Below, one piece after another: positions 1 to 11,839 of a DNA stretch of 64,000 nucleotides. The DNA is from Eledone cirrhosa (lineage: Eukaryota). The DNA lies in assembly GCA_964016885.1 (NCBI GenBank), contig OZ024741.1:19654001-19718000 (forward strand), in the 5' to 3' direction. The notes under the pieces were generated by a model. That model was not told the origin of the DNA. It saw nothing but the letters and a program-made list of their open reading frames with translations, and made no database searches. Position numbers and translations under genes: made by a program. How positions within the stretch are numbered: position 1 is the stretch's first letter; each line of letters starts with the position of its first letter.

Positions 1-307
1 TAATATACACTTTAGAAATTAATATATAAACTATTTTTAATTTAGTCAACCTATAATTAATATTCTACTACTGATGAACTACATAATTTTGCTTTCCTTC
101 TTACAAATATCATTTCCTAAAACTGATACCATTAAGTAAACATATATAATGCTTTAACTTCAGGTTATGACTCTATGTTCCTTGAAAACTATATATATTT
201 ACTATTTCTCACTAATAAATTTAATCCCCCCCCCCAATAATTATATGTATATGTAAGTGTATATGTGTGTGTATATGTAAGGGTATGTATATATGCATGT
301 ATATATC

Positions 308-354
<47 letters not shown>

Positions 355-1169
355 ATATATATGTATATGTATATATATATGTGTGTATGTGTGTGTGTAT
401 GTGTATATATGTGTATATATATGTATATATATAAGTGTATATATATATATATATGTGTGTGTGTATGTGTATATATGTGTATATATATATATATGTATAA
501 ATATATATATATATATATATTATTTTTATTTTTTTATTTTTATATTCTTTTAATTTCCCCTCATCTTTAACAACACTTTTCAACTGCATCTAACTCTTAT
601 TTATCATATCTATATGTATTAGTATAATTTTATCAATATAAATATACCCATCAATTAAATTAATTTATATTCTTTTCATAGATGTATTTTTTTCACTAAC
701 ATTCTTATCTTAAAAATTTAGTCACCTTTGATATTTGTATTAGCATTACTATTTTATAACAGCAACTGCTTGTATACCTTTTACTGACCACCTGACCTAT
801 TTTCACCCCTAAAATAAGCTTCAATTACTACTATTTTACCATTTGGCCAATTATTAACTTTCTATTGGTTAATTCTAAACCTCTTACCAAACAGACAGAA
901 TATATTAGATCTTTGTTGGTTTTATTCAATGAAAAAATAAAATTATTTCTGAGGTCAGCATAAGACCTATTTCTTCCCTAAAATAATCCTTCATTCATAA
1001 TATTCTTTTCCATCCAAAACTGAAATCTACCTTCCTCTACCCATAATTTAAGGTTCTTCTACTACTATATTACTATCCTGACCCTCACTATCTATCTATT
1101 GGTCAATTCAAAACCTGTTCCCAAACAGACCTATTGTATTGAATCTTTGTTTTTTCCAATAAACAAATA

Positions 1170-1320
1170 TCATTATTTCTGAAGACAGCATATATATGTG
1201 TAGGTATGTATATTCCCTCTGATAGCTTGTATAAATATTGTAAATATTGTACATAGATCTATAGAATATGCATACCAACTCTAACACATATATATCCTAG
1301 AAACGATCGTAAAATGATGA
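1170..1320 (+). ncRNA. Type I hammerhead ribozyme with ~115-nt extended stem II (PLE pseudo-LTR)
   Basis: Stem I tcattattt/aaatgatga; CTGAAGA at 1179; stem II helices atatatatgtgt/acacatatatat and ggtatgtatattc/gaatatgcatacc; GAAA at 1300; palindromic stem III acgatcgt; GUA cleavage triplet. Confidence 0.75.
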
Positions 1321-1369
1321 ATTTTTTTAATATAAGGAACTGTTTCTTTGTTTATTCATTATTTTATTA

Positions 1370-1445
<76 letters not shown>

Positions 1446-1483
1446 GTAAACATACACTCAAACACACACATAAATATATATAT

Positions 1484-1753
1484 TGTGGTTAGAAAAAGCT
1501 ATCTCACTTACCGCTTTTCATAGGCGTCGCTAAATCCCATGGCTGGTTTCTCCTCTTCCACGTGCGTCCCACTCATTAACACCCGGGAGCTGCCAAACTC
1601 GCGTCCACACCGTTCCTGGTCACCACTAGAGAGAGCCCGATCTGCTGGCCCTTCCGGTCGAGCACCCTTCCGGCCAAGCTCCCTTCCGGTCAAGCACTCT
1701 TCCGGTCGAGCACTCCCCAGCTTCCGGCCACCGCACACCACACCATACCCACA
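1484..1753 (-). repeat. 3' LTR (270 bp)
   Basis: Direct repeat of 5429-5698 with ~10 substitutions; internal ~16-bp repeats (ccggtcgagcaccctt-like). Confidence 0.95.
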
Positions 1754-1769
1754 CGCCTCCCCTGATCTC
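1754..1769 (-). promoter_or_regulatory. Polypurine tract
   Basis: Minus strand gagatcaggggaggcg directly before the TG of the 3' LTR. Confidence 0.75.
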
Positions 1770-2964
1770 AAGGATCAATTTCCTCCTCGTCCTTCTGCAT
1801 ATGAAAGTCTGCTGTCCAGGTTGGTGGTTTGCGACTTCTTTGCGATCTCCGCAGTGTTGGAGCGGCACTTTGAGTTTCCTCTTCCTCGGAGTCCGTTGAC
1901 ACAGTGATTCTACGGACATCCAGGACATGACGTGGTACTCCGTCCACGGACACATTGTTCTGGGAATTTACGGCCGTCACCATTCCCCTTCCCCATTGAG
2001 ATGTGCAATGTGCACCTGGGGGCTTAACCCAGACTTCTTCGCCCACCTGCACGAATGCATTCTCTCTCCCCACTGGCCGTTGTGGTGGCGTGCACGGGTG
2101 CCGCCACTCGTATCTGAATACTGCTGTGTGTGGCACCTATTCCTCAACCTGTCCCACTCGAGGGGACATGTTGTACCAGAACACTGCCTCCATTGGTGAA
2201 ATATGGCCCCGCTCCGCCATTGCCTTGATCGTCCGGCGGTGTCGCTCCACAATTCCATTCCCGCTCGGCCTGTACGCTGCTCTGAAGAAACGGTCCACCT
2301 TCCATCCATCGAGCATCTCCCTCAGTGCCTCCGAGCGGAACGCTGCGCTGTTGTCCATCAGCAGTTCGTCCACAGGGCCCCGCTCCAAGAACACCTCTCT
2401 CAACGTCCGCATGATTTCCTCGGCTGTTCCAGTCTTCATCTCCCTCCATATCGCCATCCGTCCTGGTCCACAGTCGACCATCGAGAGGTACGTTCCCTGT
2501 CGGTAGTGCGTTACATCCACCGCCAATCGCTTCCAGTCGCGATCCACTGGGAGGCTTCCCGTTTCGTGCACACCCGGGGCGGGATCAATGGACTGACATC
2601 GGACGCAGCCTCTAACCACCCTTTGAACACTGTGTCTGTTAACGTCCGAGTCGATTCTCGTGGCTAGGAACAGGCTCCTATCCACTCCCATGTGATGCAT
2701 GTCATGCAACCCTTTCAGATCCGACTCGGTCAGCCGACACACGGCAGCTATCTCATCTTCTACCTCCTCCGGCGCTTCCATCCAGGCTTTCTTCATCCTA
2801 GTTAAGACGTCCGCCCTATTTTTCTCTGAGAGCACGAAAACTACGCTCAGCCTCAGGTCGAACTCGGTGGCCAGCTTTCCTAAAGTTCCCAGGCGGCGCT
2901 TTATCAGCATCTCCGCCGCCCCTCTCGTTCGCACTCTCTTCTCACTGGTGAGCACTGATCTCAC
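1768..2964 (-). pseudogene. pol: End of RNase H plus integrase (HHCC zinc finger, DDE core, C-terminal part after an in-frame stop)
   Basis: HDMHHMG...CVRCQ; VDVTH, MDNSAAF, NGIVERHRRTIK; continues past a stop into VGEEVWVKPP. Confidence 0.9.
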
Positions 2965-3332
2965 CCATCCGAGTACAGTAGCCGAGTCGGTGCGTATCTC
3001 AACACTGCGTCCAGTTCGGCCACATTGATGTGGTTGCAGTCGTCCTTCTTCCTAAGCCAGGCTGCATCCTGGACCTCAACACCTCCTATCTCCAACGAGA
3101 CACCCAGCGCTATGCTGCTGGCGTCGCACCATACCAGGAACATATTGGGAACATACCAGCATCCCCGCACTGGGTCGTCGGCCTTCACCCTCTCCACGAT
3201 CTCCTGCATCATGGCCACCGTCGTCTCTCCCACTCTGTCACTCCAAGTCATCCACCCCGCTCGTCTCTTGACATAGCTGCATGCCGTCTGGACCACCCAG
3301 CAATCGGGTAGTGACCCACCAACTTTCCACAC
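2961..3332 (-). pseudogene. pol: RNase H domain (frameshifted, small deletion)
   Basis: VWCDASSIALGV and HINVAELDAV; IRTDSATVLGWV follows in another frame. Confidence 0.85.
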
Positions 3333-4243
3333 ACCGAGAAAAGCTCCCGCCTACTCATACTTGGGCCCAGTTCTGGAACTTCATTTCCCCTCTGGAATAC
3401 CAAGACGCCCGTCCTGTCTCGCCGTAGCCTAAGTCCCAGCGCGGCTCCTCCATACAACGCTTCTGACGGCTTCGCAGCCAGTCCATACTCCTGTAAATGG
3501 CTCGTGACCTCCGCCGCCGACACTACAGACTCGTCCACTAGGATGTCGTCAATGTAGGAGTTAGTGGCCCTCTTCATCTTGTCGGCCTTTCCCAGAATGA
3601 TCTTGAGGACCACCGCCATGATCTTCGGTGCGGAGCTCAGCCCGAAACCGAGCCTGGTCAGGCAATATGTCCGGCCCTTATACCTGACCAGCTGATACTG
3701 CCAGAGCTTCTCATCTATATGCAATTGCAAGTATGCCGACTTTAGATCTACGATTGCTGACCCCCCCCCCCCCCCCGTCATGCGTCTCCACTCACGCAGG
3801 GTTTCCCCACATACATCCGTGACCTCGCCACCCGTGTGGCATGACACGTGCTCGTTCAGCTCCCGAAAGTCCAGCACCGGCCTCACCTTGTTCTTCGTGG
3901 GTTGCGCCACCGCCATTAACGGCAATACTCCGCACTTCACCTCCTCTTTCCAGGCAAGCAGTATGCCCTCCTCAATCCATCTCTCTACCTCTCGCTCGAA
4001 TTCGCTCCTAATGTCTCCCTTCAATGTGTGTTGATAGCAGCCCACTTTGGTCTTCAGTGTTGGTGGTTCTCCCTTCCAGTACCACTCAACAACCCATCGC
4101 TGCCCATCGAACACGGCCTTGAAGTCTTTGTCCTGCACAGTGTAAGCGGGGTATTTCTCCTCGTGGGCCTTCTGGTTCTCCTGTCGCGTACTCACAGTGC
4201 ATACCGATGCAGCGCCGCCAAACGACACACCGACGTTGTTCAC
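3248..4243 (-). CDS. pol: Reverse transcriptase
   Basis: VRPVLDFRELN, IVDLKSAYLQL, RLGFGLSSAP, SYIDDILV. Confidence 0.92.
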   Translation of the reverse strand: MNNVGVSFGGAASVCTVSTRQENQKAHEEKYPAYTVQDKDFKAVFDGQRWVVEWYWKGEPPTLKTKVGCYQHTLKGDIRSEFEREVERWIEEGILLAWKEEVKCGVLPLMAVAQPTKNKVRPVLDFRELNEHVSCHTGGEVTDVCGETLREWRRMTGGGGGSAIVDLKSAYLQLHIDEKLWQYQLVRYKGRTYCLTRLGFGLSSAPKIMAVVLKIILGKADKMKRATNSYIDDILVDESVVSAAEVTSHLQEYGLAAKPSEALYGGAALGLRLRRDRTGVLVFQRGNEVPELGPSMSRRELFSVCGKLVGHYPIAGWSRRHAAMSRDERGG

Positions 4244-4548
4244 TGTGACGCCCTTAGACGGCCAATTGCGTCCATGCCAATAACCACGCCGATCCCATCC
4301 ACCACGTTGTCAACTACGATGGCAGAAAGCCTTATTTTCCTTCCCCGTACCGCCATCTCCACCTCGCTGCGACCTCGGCATTCAATTTTCCTGCCGTCGA
4401 CTGCCCTTACGCTGCTCTTCCCTCTCCACCTCTGCGCCACCCCCGCGGTCACCAGTGTCGTCGTAAAGCCCGTGTCCACGAGGGCCGCTGTGGCTTTCTC
4501 CTCACGAAGACTTCCACCACGGGCGGCGCCTCTACTCGTAAGGGGCAA
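4240..4548 (-). pseudogene. pol: Aspartic protease (frameshifted)
   Basis: ALVDTGFTTTLV active site and VIGMDAI C-terminal motif. Confidence 0.85.
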
Positions 4549-5293
4549 CTACCGGCGCAGTAGTTCCTCTTGTATCGTTTCCCTGGTCGCAATTAGTAGC
4601 GATATGGCCTGGTCGCTTACACCGGTAGCATATTATTTCCGGCCTTGACTCCCTACAGTCTCTCGCCATGTGCGGGCCCTGGCACCTAAAACAGCGACCT
4701 CTAAACGTTCGCGGGCGACCGCGTGTCGTGGTTGCCTCCCTTTCACCATTTCGCTGCCAGCTGTCTTGAGCCTCTGTAGTTGCTATCGCCGTGACACTCT
4801 TCTTGGCATCTTCTGCTATGATACGGGCTTGTTTCACTAGTGAACACATCTCCATTCCTTTGTAACCCGGGACTTGCTGCAGTTTCACCGCTATGTCGTC
4901 TGGAAATCCATTTATGAACGCCAACCACACCGTGCGTTCGCATTCCACCTGATATCCAGCCAACATAGCCAATCGCCGTATTTCCGCTGCGAAAATGTCA
5001 ACGCGTTCACCGTTCCATCTAATTCTTGCCAGCTTAGCAAAAGCGACTAACGGTCCCTCTGCGAACGCTTCCATCATGCGCCTCTCAATCTTTTGCGCAT
5101 CTCTTTGGCTGTGTTCATCCAACTCAAGGAAGAGTACCAACGCGTCCCCCTCGAGGTACAGTGCCATGAGGCCAGCCACATCTTCTATCTTCTGTAAGCT
5201 TGCGACCAGTCGGACTTTTCGCAGCCAAGCGACAATATCGCCTTCACCGGTAAATGCCCTAATCGCTTCGCTCGTTCGTAGTCTCGTCGCCAT
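4532..5293 (-). CDS. gag: Gag with two zinc knuckles
   Basis: 253-aa ORF; CFRCQGPHMARDC and CYRCKRPGHIATNC. Confidence 0.9.
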   Translation of the reverse strand: MATRLRTSEAIRAFTGEGDIVAWLRKVRLVASLQKIEDVAGLMALYLEGDALVLFLELDEHSQRDAQKIERRMMEAFAEGPLVAFAKLARIRWNGERVDIFAAEIRRLAMLAGYQVECERTVWLAFINGFPDDIAVKLQQVPGYKGMEMCSLVKQARIIAEDAKKSVTAIATTEAQDSWQRNGEREATTTRGRPRTFRGRCFRCQGPHMARDCRESRPEIICYRCKRPGHIATNCDQGNDTRGTTAPVVAPYE

Positions 5294-5428
5294 ATCCTAA
5301 TTTGTCTTGCGGTACGTAATAAAAAAAACAACAGACTCCGCTCTGTTTTTCCAGTAGCTTTGTTTTCGAGAAAGTTTTTTTTTTTTTTTTTCTTTAATCA
5401 GATCTCAGTTTCCAGTGCCGATATAGCT

Positions 5429-5698
5429 TGTGGTTAGAAAAAGCTGTCTCACTTACCGCTTTTCATAGGCGCCGCTAAATCCCATGGCTGGTTTCTCCTC
5501 TTCCACGTGCGCCCAACTCATTAACACTCGGGAGCTGCCAAACTCGCGTCCACATCATTCCTGGTCACCACTAGAGAGAGCCCGATCTGCTGGCCCTTCC
5601 GGTCGAGCACCCTTCCGGCCAAGCACCCTTCCAGTCAAGCACTCTTCCGGTCGAGCACTCCCCATCTTCCGGCCACCGCACACCACACCATACCCACA
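5429..5698 (-). repeat. 5' LTR (270 bp)
   Basis: Direct repeat of 1484-1753. Confidence 0.95.
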
Positions 5699-5827
5699 TA
5701 TATAAATAGATATTTATATGTATATATGTATATGTATAAATGTGTATGTATATATATATATCAAACTGAACCTGAACCGATAAGGTCTGGTTTCTTGGGT
5801 ATGTCAACATTTATAAAACAAATTTTG

Positions 5828-5888
5828 TATTTTATCTGATGAGAGTGTACCAAAATGTTGGTACCCTTGAAATATATATAATAAAATA
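5828..5888 (+). ncRNA. Minimal type I hammerhead ribozyme
   Basis: tattttat-CTGATGA-gagtgtacca..tggtaccctt-GAAA-tatata-TA-ataaaata; diverged relative of the 9434 copy. Confidence 0.8.
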
Positions 5889-6018
5889 AATATGGTTTTA
5901 TAAATATAGTTTCCATTTATTAATATCATTGATATTATACTCCAGAAAAACTTGTAGAGTGCTTTGAATCTGTTATAAATAAATTTGTTGAATAACGAAC
6001 AAATTAAATATCTCTTTG

Positions 6019-6065
<47 letters not shown>

Positions 6066-6417
6066 ATACTTGGGGAGGGTCATATTGTTGTAATAATTGT
6101 TTCTACTTTTGGCACAATGACCCTCCCCAAGTATAACAATATTTGTTTCGACACACGATTTCATATCAAAAACCTCGCAAAACAAATATATTTCCAATTG
6201 AGTTCTTAGCACGAGGCTTGAATTCTTGACAAGGTTCAATGACCTACGTGTATATTATTTTATTTTTCACGATCACCTCCCCCTCCCATTTGGGGACAGT
6301 GTGAGATATTCTTTAGAACTGCTGGACATACAACCTAGGCAGCTCTTTCTAGCACTGATGGAGATTATCGTTAAATATTAATGTTGATTTAGTTATCAAT
6401 ATTGATATTATTGGGCA

Positions 6418-6539
6418 CCCACTGAAGATTTATAAGGGCTCACTTGCATGGGAATCCATTGATATTATGCAAGCTTCTACATAACTTGGTAAAATTTCAC
6501 CCACCATGTATAAATCTTATAATGAAACGATCGTATGGG
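6418..6539 (+). ncRNA. Type I hammerhead ribozyme with branched ~95-nt stem II
   Basis: ccca-CTGAAGA-tttataag...cttataat-GAAA-cgatcg-TA-tggg; inner helices cttgcat/atgcaag and tacat/atgta. Confidence 0.72.
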
Positions 6540-6714
6540 GAATGAGATTTTAATATATCTCATAAAATAATACAGCCGATTATCCACACAATACAATATA
6601 GTTAGCACCCCAAACGTTTAATTAGGAATATACTCCGGTATTTCCTAATGTTTGTTGAGTGAGTTGGGAATTGGTCGGAGTATCGCTAATAGCTTTCTCC
6701 GTTTATGTATTTAT

Positions 6715-6748
<34 letters not shown>

Positions 6749-6750
<2 letters not shown>

Positions 6751-8131
6751 GTCCGAGAGACCCGTTTTCAGGGGCTGGATCAATGCCATGCACAGCAGCC
6801 GCATCTGCTCTAGGGTCAAGGTGAACGGCTACCTTTCGGAGCCGTTCGAAATCGCGCGGTCCATCCGACAAGGGTGCCCTCTCTCCTCCCTTCTGTATGT
6901 AATGACTCTAGAGCCACTGCTGCGGAAGTTGGAGTTGTTGCAGGGCATCCCGTTGGAACCGGGATTGCGGAAAGCGGTGTCGGCCGACGACGTAACAGTA
7001 ATGGTGTCTACGGCCTCGGAAATCGGGGCGATCGGCACCGAGCTGCAATCCTGGGTCAAGCAAAGACCGAGAAAACTGGGCGCCTGGCACACCGAGTGTG
7101 CCCAGGCGCTCACGGCTCTCTGGCAGGCGGACCCGGCTGTCAGTGGAGAATCCACCTCGTCATTCTATAGAGGGCTGGTGGTTAGCAGGTGCGACGACGC
7201 CCTCGGAGAAGCCCTAGGCATGGAGGAAGACGAACTGGCTAACCTGTTCGGTAGGACATTCAGCCCGGGACCCATGGATAACTTCCAGAGGTCCCTGGCC
7301 TGGCAATGCTACAGAAGGGCTCTGCCCGTTCGAGAAAGGCTCTACAGACACGGGCGCCCGAGTAGGGACCCCTCGAAAAAGATCTGTCCCACATGCGTGT
7401 GCGACGAGGAAACCGTTGCACACGCATTGGTACACTGCTCGGGCATTGCCGATCTTTGGGGCTATGTCGAACAACTGCTGTCAAGGGTGGGACCGATCCG
7501 GTTGACCACCGAGTCTATTGTAACGATCAAGCCGCCTCCCCTCTTCAAAAACGAAGAAGAGACGGTGTTTCTGTGCGTAATAGCCATGGCGAAAGAGGTT
7601 GTATGGTGGACGTGTCTGAAAGGACTGAGGTCAGACACCTTTCTCTCTGGCCAACAACTGGTCCGTTTTTTTCCGATATCATTTCGGAAGAAGGATCAGG
7701 ATGGAGAGAGAGGTGCTGCACCCCAGCCGTTTTTATGAAAGATGGGTGAAAGTGGCGAGAATGGCCCGTGTGAATGGGCCTTCACTCTACATCGGACTAT
7801 AGGTGAGGAAGATGAAAGACCAAGGGAGCACCCCCTCTCTGTACTCCTGAGGAGAAGAGTTGCACCCTTTTTTTCGGGGGTGTGTGCGACCCCCCAAGGC
7901 GCCTCCTCCCTATTGAGGATTTTGTTATAAAATATATTTTGTTATATTTTATTTTATTTTTATACTTTTATATCATATGTGTTAGCCATATGTAATGTCT
8001 CCCCCTATTGGGGAATATCGACTAATTTTTAAATTGCATTTGTGATAATATTTTACTCGTTTTTATTGTATGTAAACTTCCCCCTTTGTATTTGTCCCCT
8101 TCTTTTGTGCCCCTGTGGCTAATAAAGAAAC
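6749..8131 (+). mobile_element. 5'-truncated, internally deleted Tx1/L1-clade LINE (RT fragment, C-terminal CCHC finger, 3' UTR)
   Basis: SIRQGCPLSSLLY, damaged (Y)ADD, CPTCVCDEETVAHALVHC; ends aataaagaaac(at)n; homologous to 50800-51844 and 60597-61569. Confidence 0.85.
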
Positions 8132-8306
8132 ATATATTTACCATACACCTATTGACAGATACATTTTAGTTACTAAGAGACATTATTTCCAAAATCTAAC
8201 TTTTACTGATAACTCTGTAACATGTTTTTTCTTTCCATTCCTCTACACATTAAGTGTATTAAAAGCATTTCGTTTTTTTATTAACAGATATAAACATGCA
8301 ATTAAT

Positions 8307-8415
<109 letters not shown>

Positions 8416-9164
8416 GTATATGCAGGCTTTTAAAGTTCTTATATATCGGTGTGAGCTTATAATTCGGCAGCATCACAAGAAGAGAAAGTGGAAATATTCC
8501 AAGTGGAATAAAGATGAGATTAGATAATACAATAGCCCAGTTTTATATATGATATATTAATATATCCAGTCCAGACATCAAATCTAAAGTCATAATAAAT
8601 GGGATGATATGCCTTTACACGTAATACTTTCATAAATATATAAATGGTAGACACTCCTGTTCTCAGTTATTAATATTTTCACGGTAGTCATTAAAATATA
8701 AATATCTATATATACTGATTTATATGTTCTGAAGAGATTGTTTTGGTAAAAACAGAAGCAAGCAGGAGAAAGCTCTCAACATTCGTAATTTTTAGTTACG
8801 ATGGAGATTTTTATAATAATAACAAAAATAATAATGCCGGCAGCATATCACTAAATCAGATATCATCTGAGGATATCATTCTCATAACAACAACAAATGC
8901 ACGAAGGACTTTTCAATTGCATGGAGGACCGTGGAAATAATTATAATGATGACGAAGGACCGTGACAAGTGGAGAGATGCTGTGCTGAATAGGACCCGTC
9001 CCACCCTTGCAAGCAGGGAGAAGCGGACGTAAAATGATGATGATGATGATGATGATTAAATGATTTATGTAGCATCAGCATTATTATTTTTGTTATTTTT
9101 ATACTGATATATATATATATATATGAAGACATACAATGTAAAGTATGGAATATAAAATATGATG

Positions 9165-9215
<51 letters not shown>

Positions 9216-9218
<3 letters not shown>

Positions 9219-9540
9219 GATATTAACAAATGGAAACTATATTTATAAAGCCATATTTATTTCATTATACATATTTCAAGGACACCAAGTTAAATTATGG
9301 TGTGCTTTCATCAGATAAAATATAATATAGATCAGTTTTATAAATAAATATTGACATACCCTTAAAGAATGCAACTAATGGTTGCATTATTTAAGGGTAT
9401 GTCAATATTTATTTATAAAACTGCTGTATATTATATTTTATCTGATGAAAGCACACCATAATTTAACTTGGTGTCCTTGAAATATGTATAATGAAATAAA
9501 TATGGCTTTATAAATATAGTTTCCATTTGTTAATATCGTA
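9216..9540. repeat. Fold-back palindrome of a PLE pseudo-LTR
   Basis: ~155-bp near-perfect inverted arms around ~9375; right arm continues to (TA)n at ~9630. Confidence 0.9.
9434..9498 (+). ncRNA. Minimal hammerhead ribozyme (mirror copy at 9258-9322, minus strand)
   Basis: tattttat-CTGATGA-aagcacacca..tggtgtcctt-GAAA-tatgta-TA-atgaaata. Confidence 0.8.
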
Positions 9541-9625
9541 TTTTTACTCAAATTATTTGTTGAGTGCTTTATATCAGTTATAAAAATATTTGCTTGTTGT
9601 ATCCCAACAATTTAAATAGAACTTT

Positions 9626-9674
<49 letters not shown>

Positions 9675-10488
9675 TATTTTCCGTTGTGTTGTAATATAAA
9701 TATTACACACAGTAGATTGACAGCTCACGTAGAGTTTGCTCGACGGTTCCAGTTGAAATTCCAAAAGTAATCCGGAGAAAAATAGAAAGATTTGAATGGA
9801 TACAGTTTAGTTGAAAGGAATTTATTGACACGTGTTTCTATAACAGTTACATGACCTGAAAACAGCTGCTATCTACAAAGTATTAGTTATGCAGACAATC
9901 AATATTTCAATGTTATTATTTACTGTCATTTCATCAGAATAATATTACTGAGGACCTGTTTGGTTTTTATAGAGAATATTAGGAGAGAGGGGTGAAGTTG
10001 TTAGAAGAATAGTTGAGGGAGTGGTTTTTTGATAGCAGTGAGAATTTTTGGTGGCAGTGAGTAATTAGATTCCCATCTGTTGCTTTGACATTTTTATAGA
10101 ATATATTATTGGTTATTTTTCTAAATCTATAGAGGGATTAGAGATAGTAAAGATATGCGTGGTTGGTTTTGTGTTTGCACTTAATTAACATTCAGACTTA
10201 AATTTTTTCTTTCCAGTGTACGTATCCTTTCATCCACGCATTCTCACACAAACATATTTGCACACCTCTACAAAATACATATACTCACATTCACATAGTA
10301 ACATGTTCATACTTACATACATATACACATGCATACATATATATATACACACATGTATTCATGTACATACATACGCGTTCATGTGTGTACATTTTCATAC
10401 TCAACTTATCTTTATATACACACGTATAGACACACACATATATACATACATACTCTAGTCTATGTGTATATATATACATATACATATA

Positions 10489-10622
<134 letters not shown>

Positions 10623-10899
10623 AGCATTTTAATACATGAATACACTTACATCTAACTATACACATCAAACATATATATATATTTACTTATTTATATACAT
10701 TTTCACATATATATACATACTTATGGTCGCTTTTAGACACATTCATTATCGCATTTTTCCACATATTCTCATCAGCATATCTTTCCATTATTAGTGTGGT
10801 AATTTGAGGTTATTAATATACATATATATGTTGAGAAGAAATTGTTTTTATATTTTTCTAACTAGATTGAGGTTTATATAGTTGGGGGATGTCCCTCTT

Positions 10900-11706
10900 T
10901 TATGTAATATTCGGCTTGTAGTGGGAAAAAAGGGTTTTAGTTCGGTGACGGCAAAATAATGTTCGTTCAATTCTGTTATTCAGCAATTTCTTCTTGTGTG
11001 TGATTATGTAATAAATCTCAAGATTACACAATTTGCAGAAATTTTGGCTCCTGGAAAAGCTTTGGGTTTTAGCTAATTTCTCCCATTTTAGGGTAAACTT
11101 TTGATCGCTATCTCTGAGCGTCCAAGCTTTTTCTGCTAAAGTTATTACATTTCTTTGGCTCTGGTGTTTTATTGAGTAAGAATGCCTATATAATCGAGAT
11201 TTAAACGATGTTGCCGTTGATCCCACGTAATACCACTCGTTGCCTCCGGATTTAATGGTACACTTATAAATAATATTTTTTTCCAGGCAGTTATTGCCGA
11301 GGGGGCAGTTGTCAGGATAGGCGCAGTTACAGTTGTGTACGTTGGGTTTTCTCTGGAGTAGTATTGCGGACGAACTTAGGTGTGGTTTATTTATGTTCTG
11401 TAGTGTATTGTCTACTGTTTTTTTTGTGTTCTTTGTACTTAAGTTTTTAGTGTTTTCGTTTAACCTTCTAGTATTGATCTTTTTTATGTGTTGTTCAAGG
11501 TTTAACGCTGTAGAGTATGACAGTCTTATAGTGGTAGGGTTTAGGATTTTGTGGTATTTGTGTGATGTAGGAAAATGTCTCTTAATTATTTTAAAGAAGA
11601 GTACTGGTAAATTTGTACTAATGGAACTATTGTATTCGGGGTTATACCATAAGTACTCTTTGCATCGCTTTCTATTAGTTTTGTTTGTTGGTTTACTGAT
11701 GTGCAT
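10900..11706 (-). pseudogene. Inverted copy of the PLE C-terminal GIY-YIG region
   Basis: Near-identical protein to 12183-13262. Confidence 0.85.
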
Positions 11707-11839
11707 ACTATGGTAGTAAGTGTGGTTTGGTGTTGTGTTATTATATCTACCTATGTGGGATTTATTTTGGGTGTTTTGATTGTTCCCATCTATATACTCT
11801 ATTTTGTTGAGGTGGCCTGCTTTACTAAGGGCGTTATAG

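Larger units (their letters stand above)
1484..5698 (-). mobile_element. Full-length LTR retrotransposon (gag-PR-RT-RH-IN order, Ty3/Gypsy-like), frameshifted
   Basis: Two 270-bp TG...CA LTRs, tatat target duplication within (TA)n, polypurine tract, all pol motifs present. Confidence 0.95.

Noticed and set aside
1508-1955. Short ORFs across the LTR and antisense to pol
   Set aside because: Shadow ORFs of GC-rich retroelement sequence
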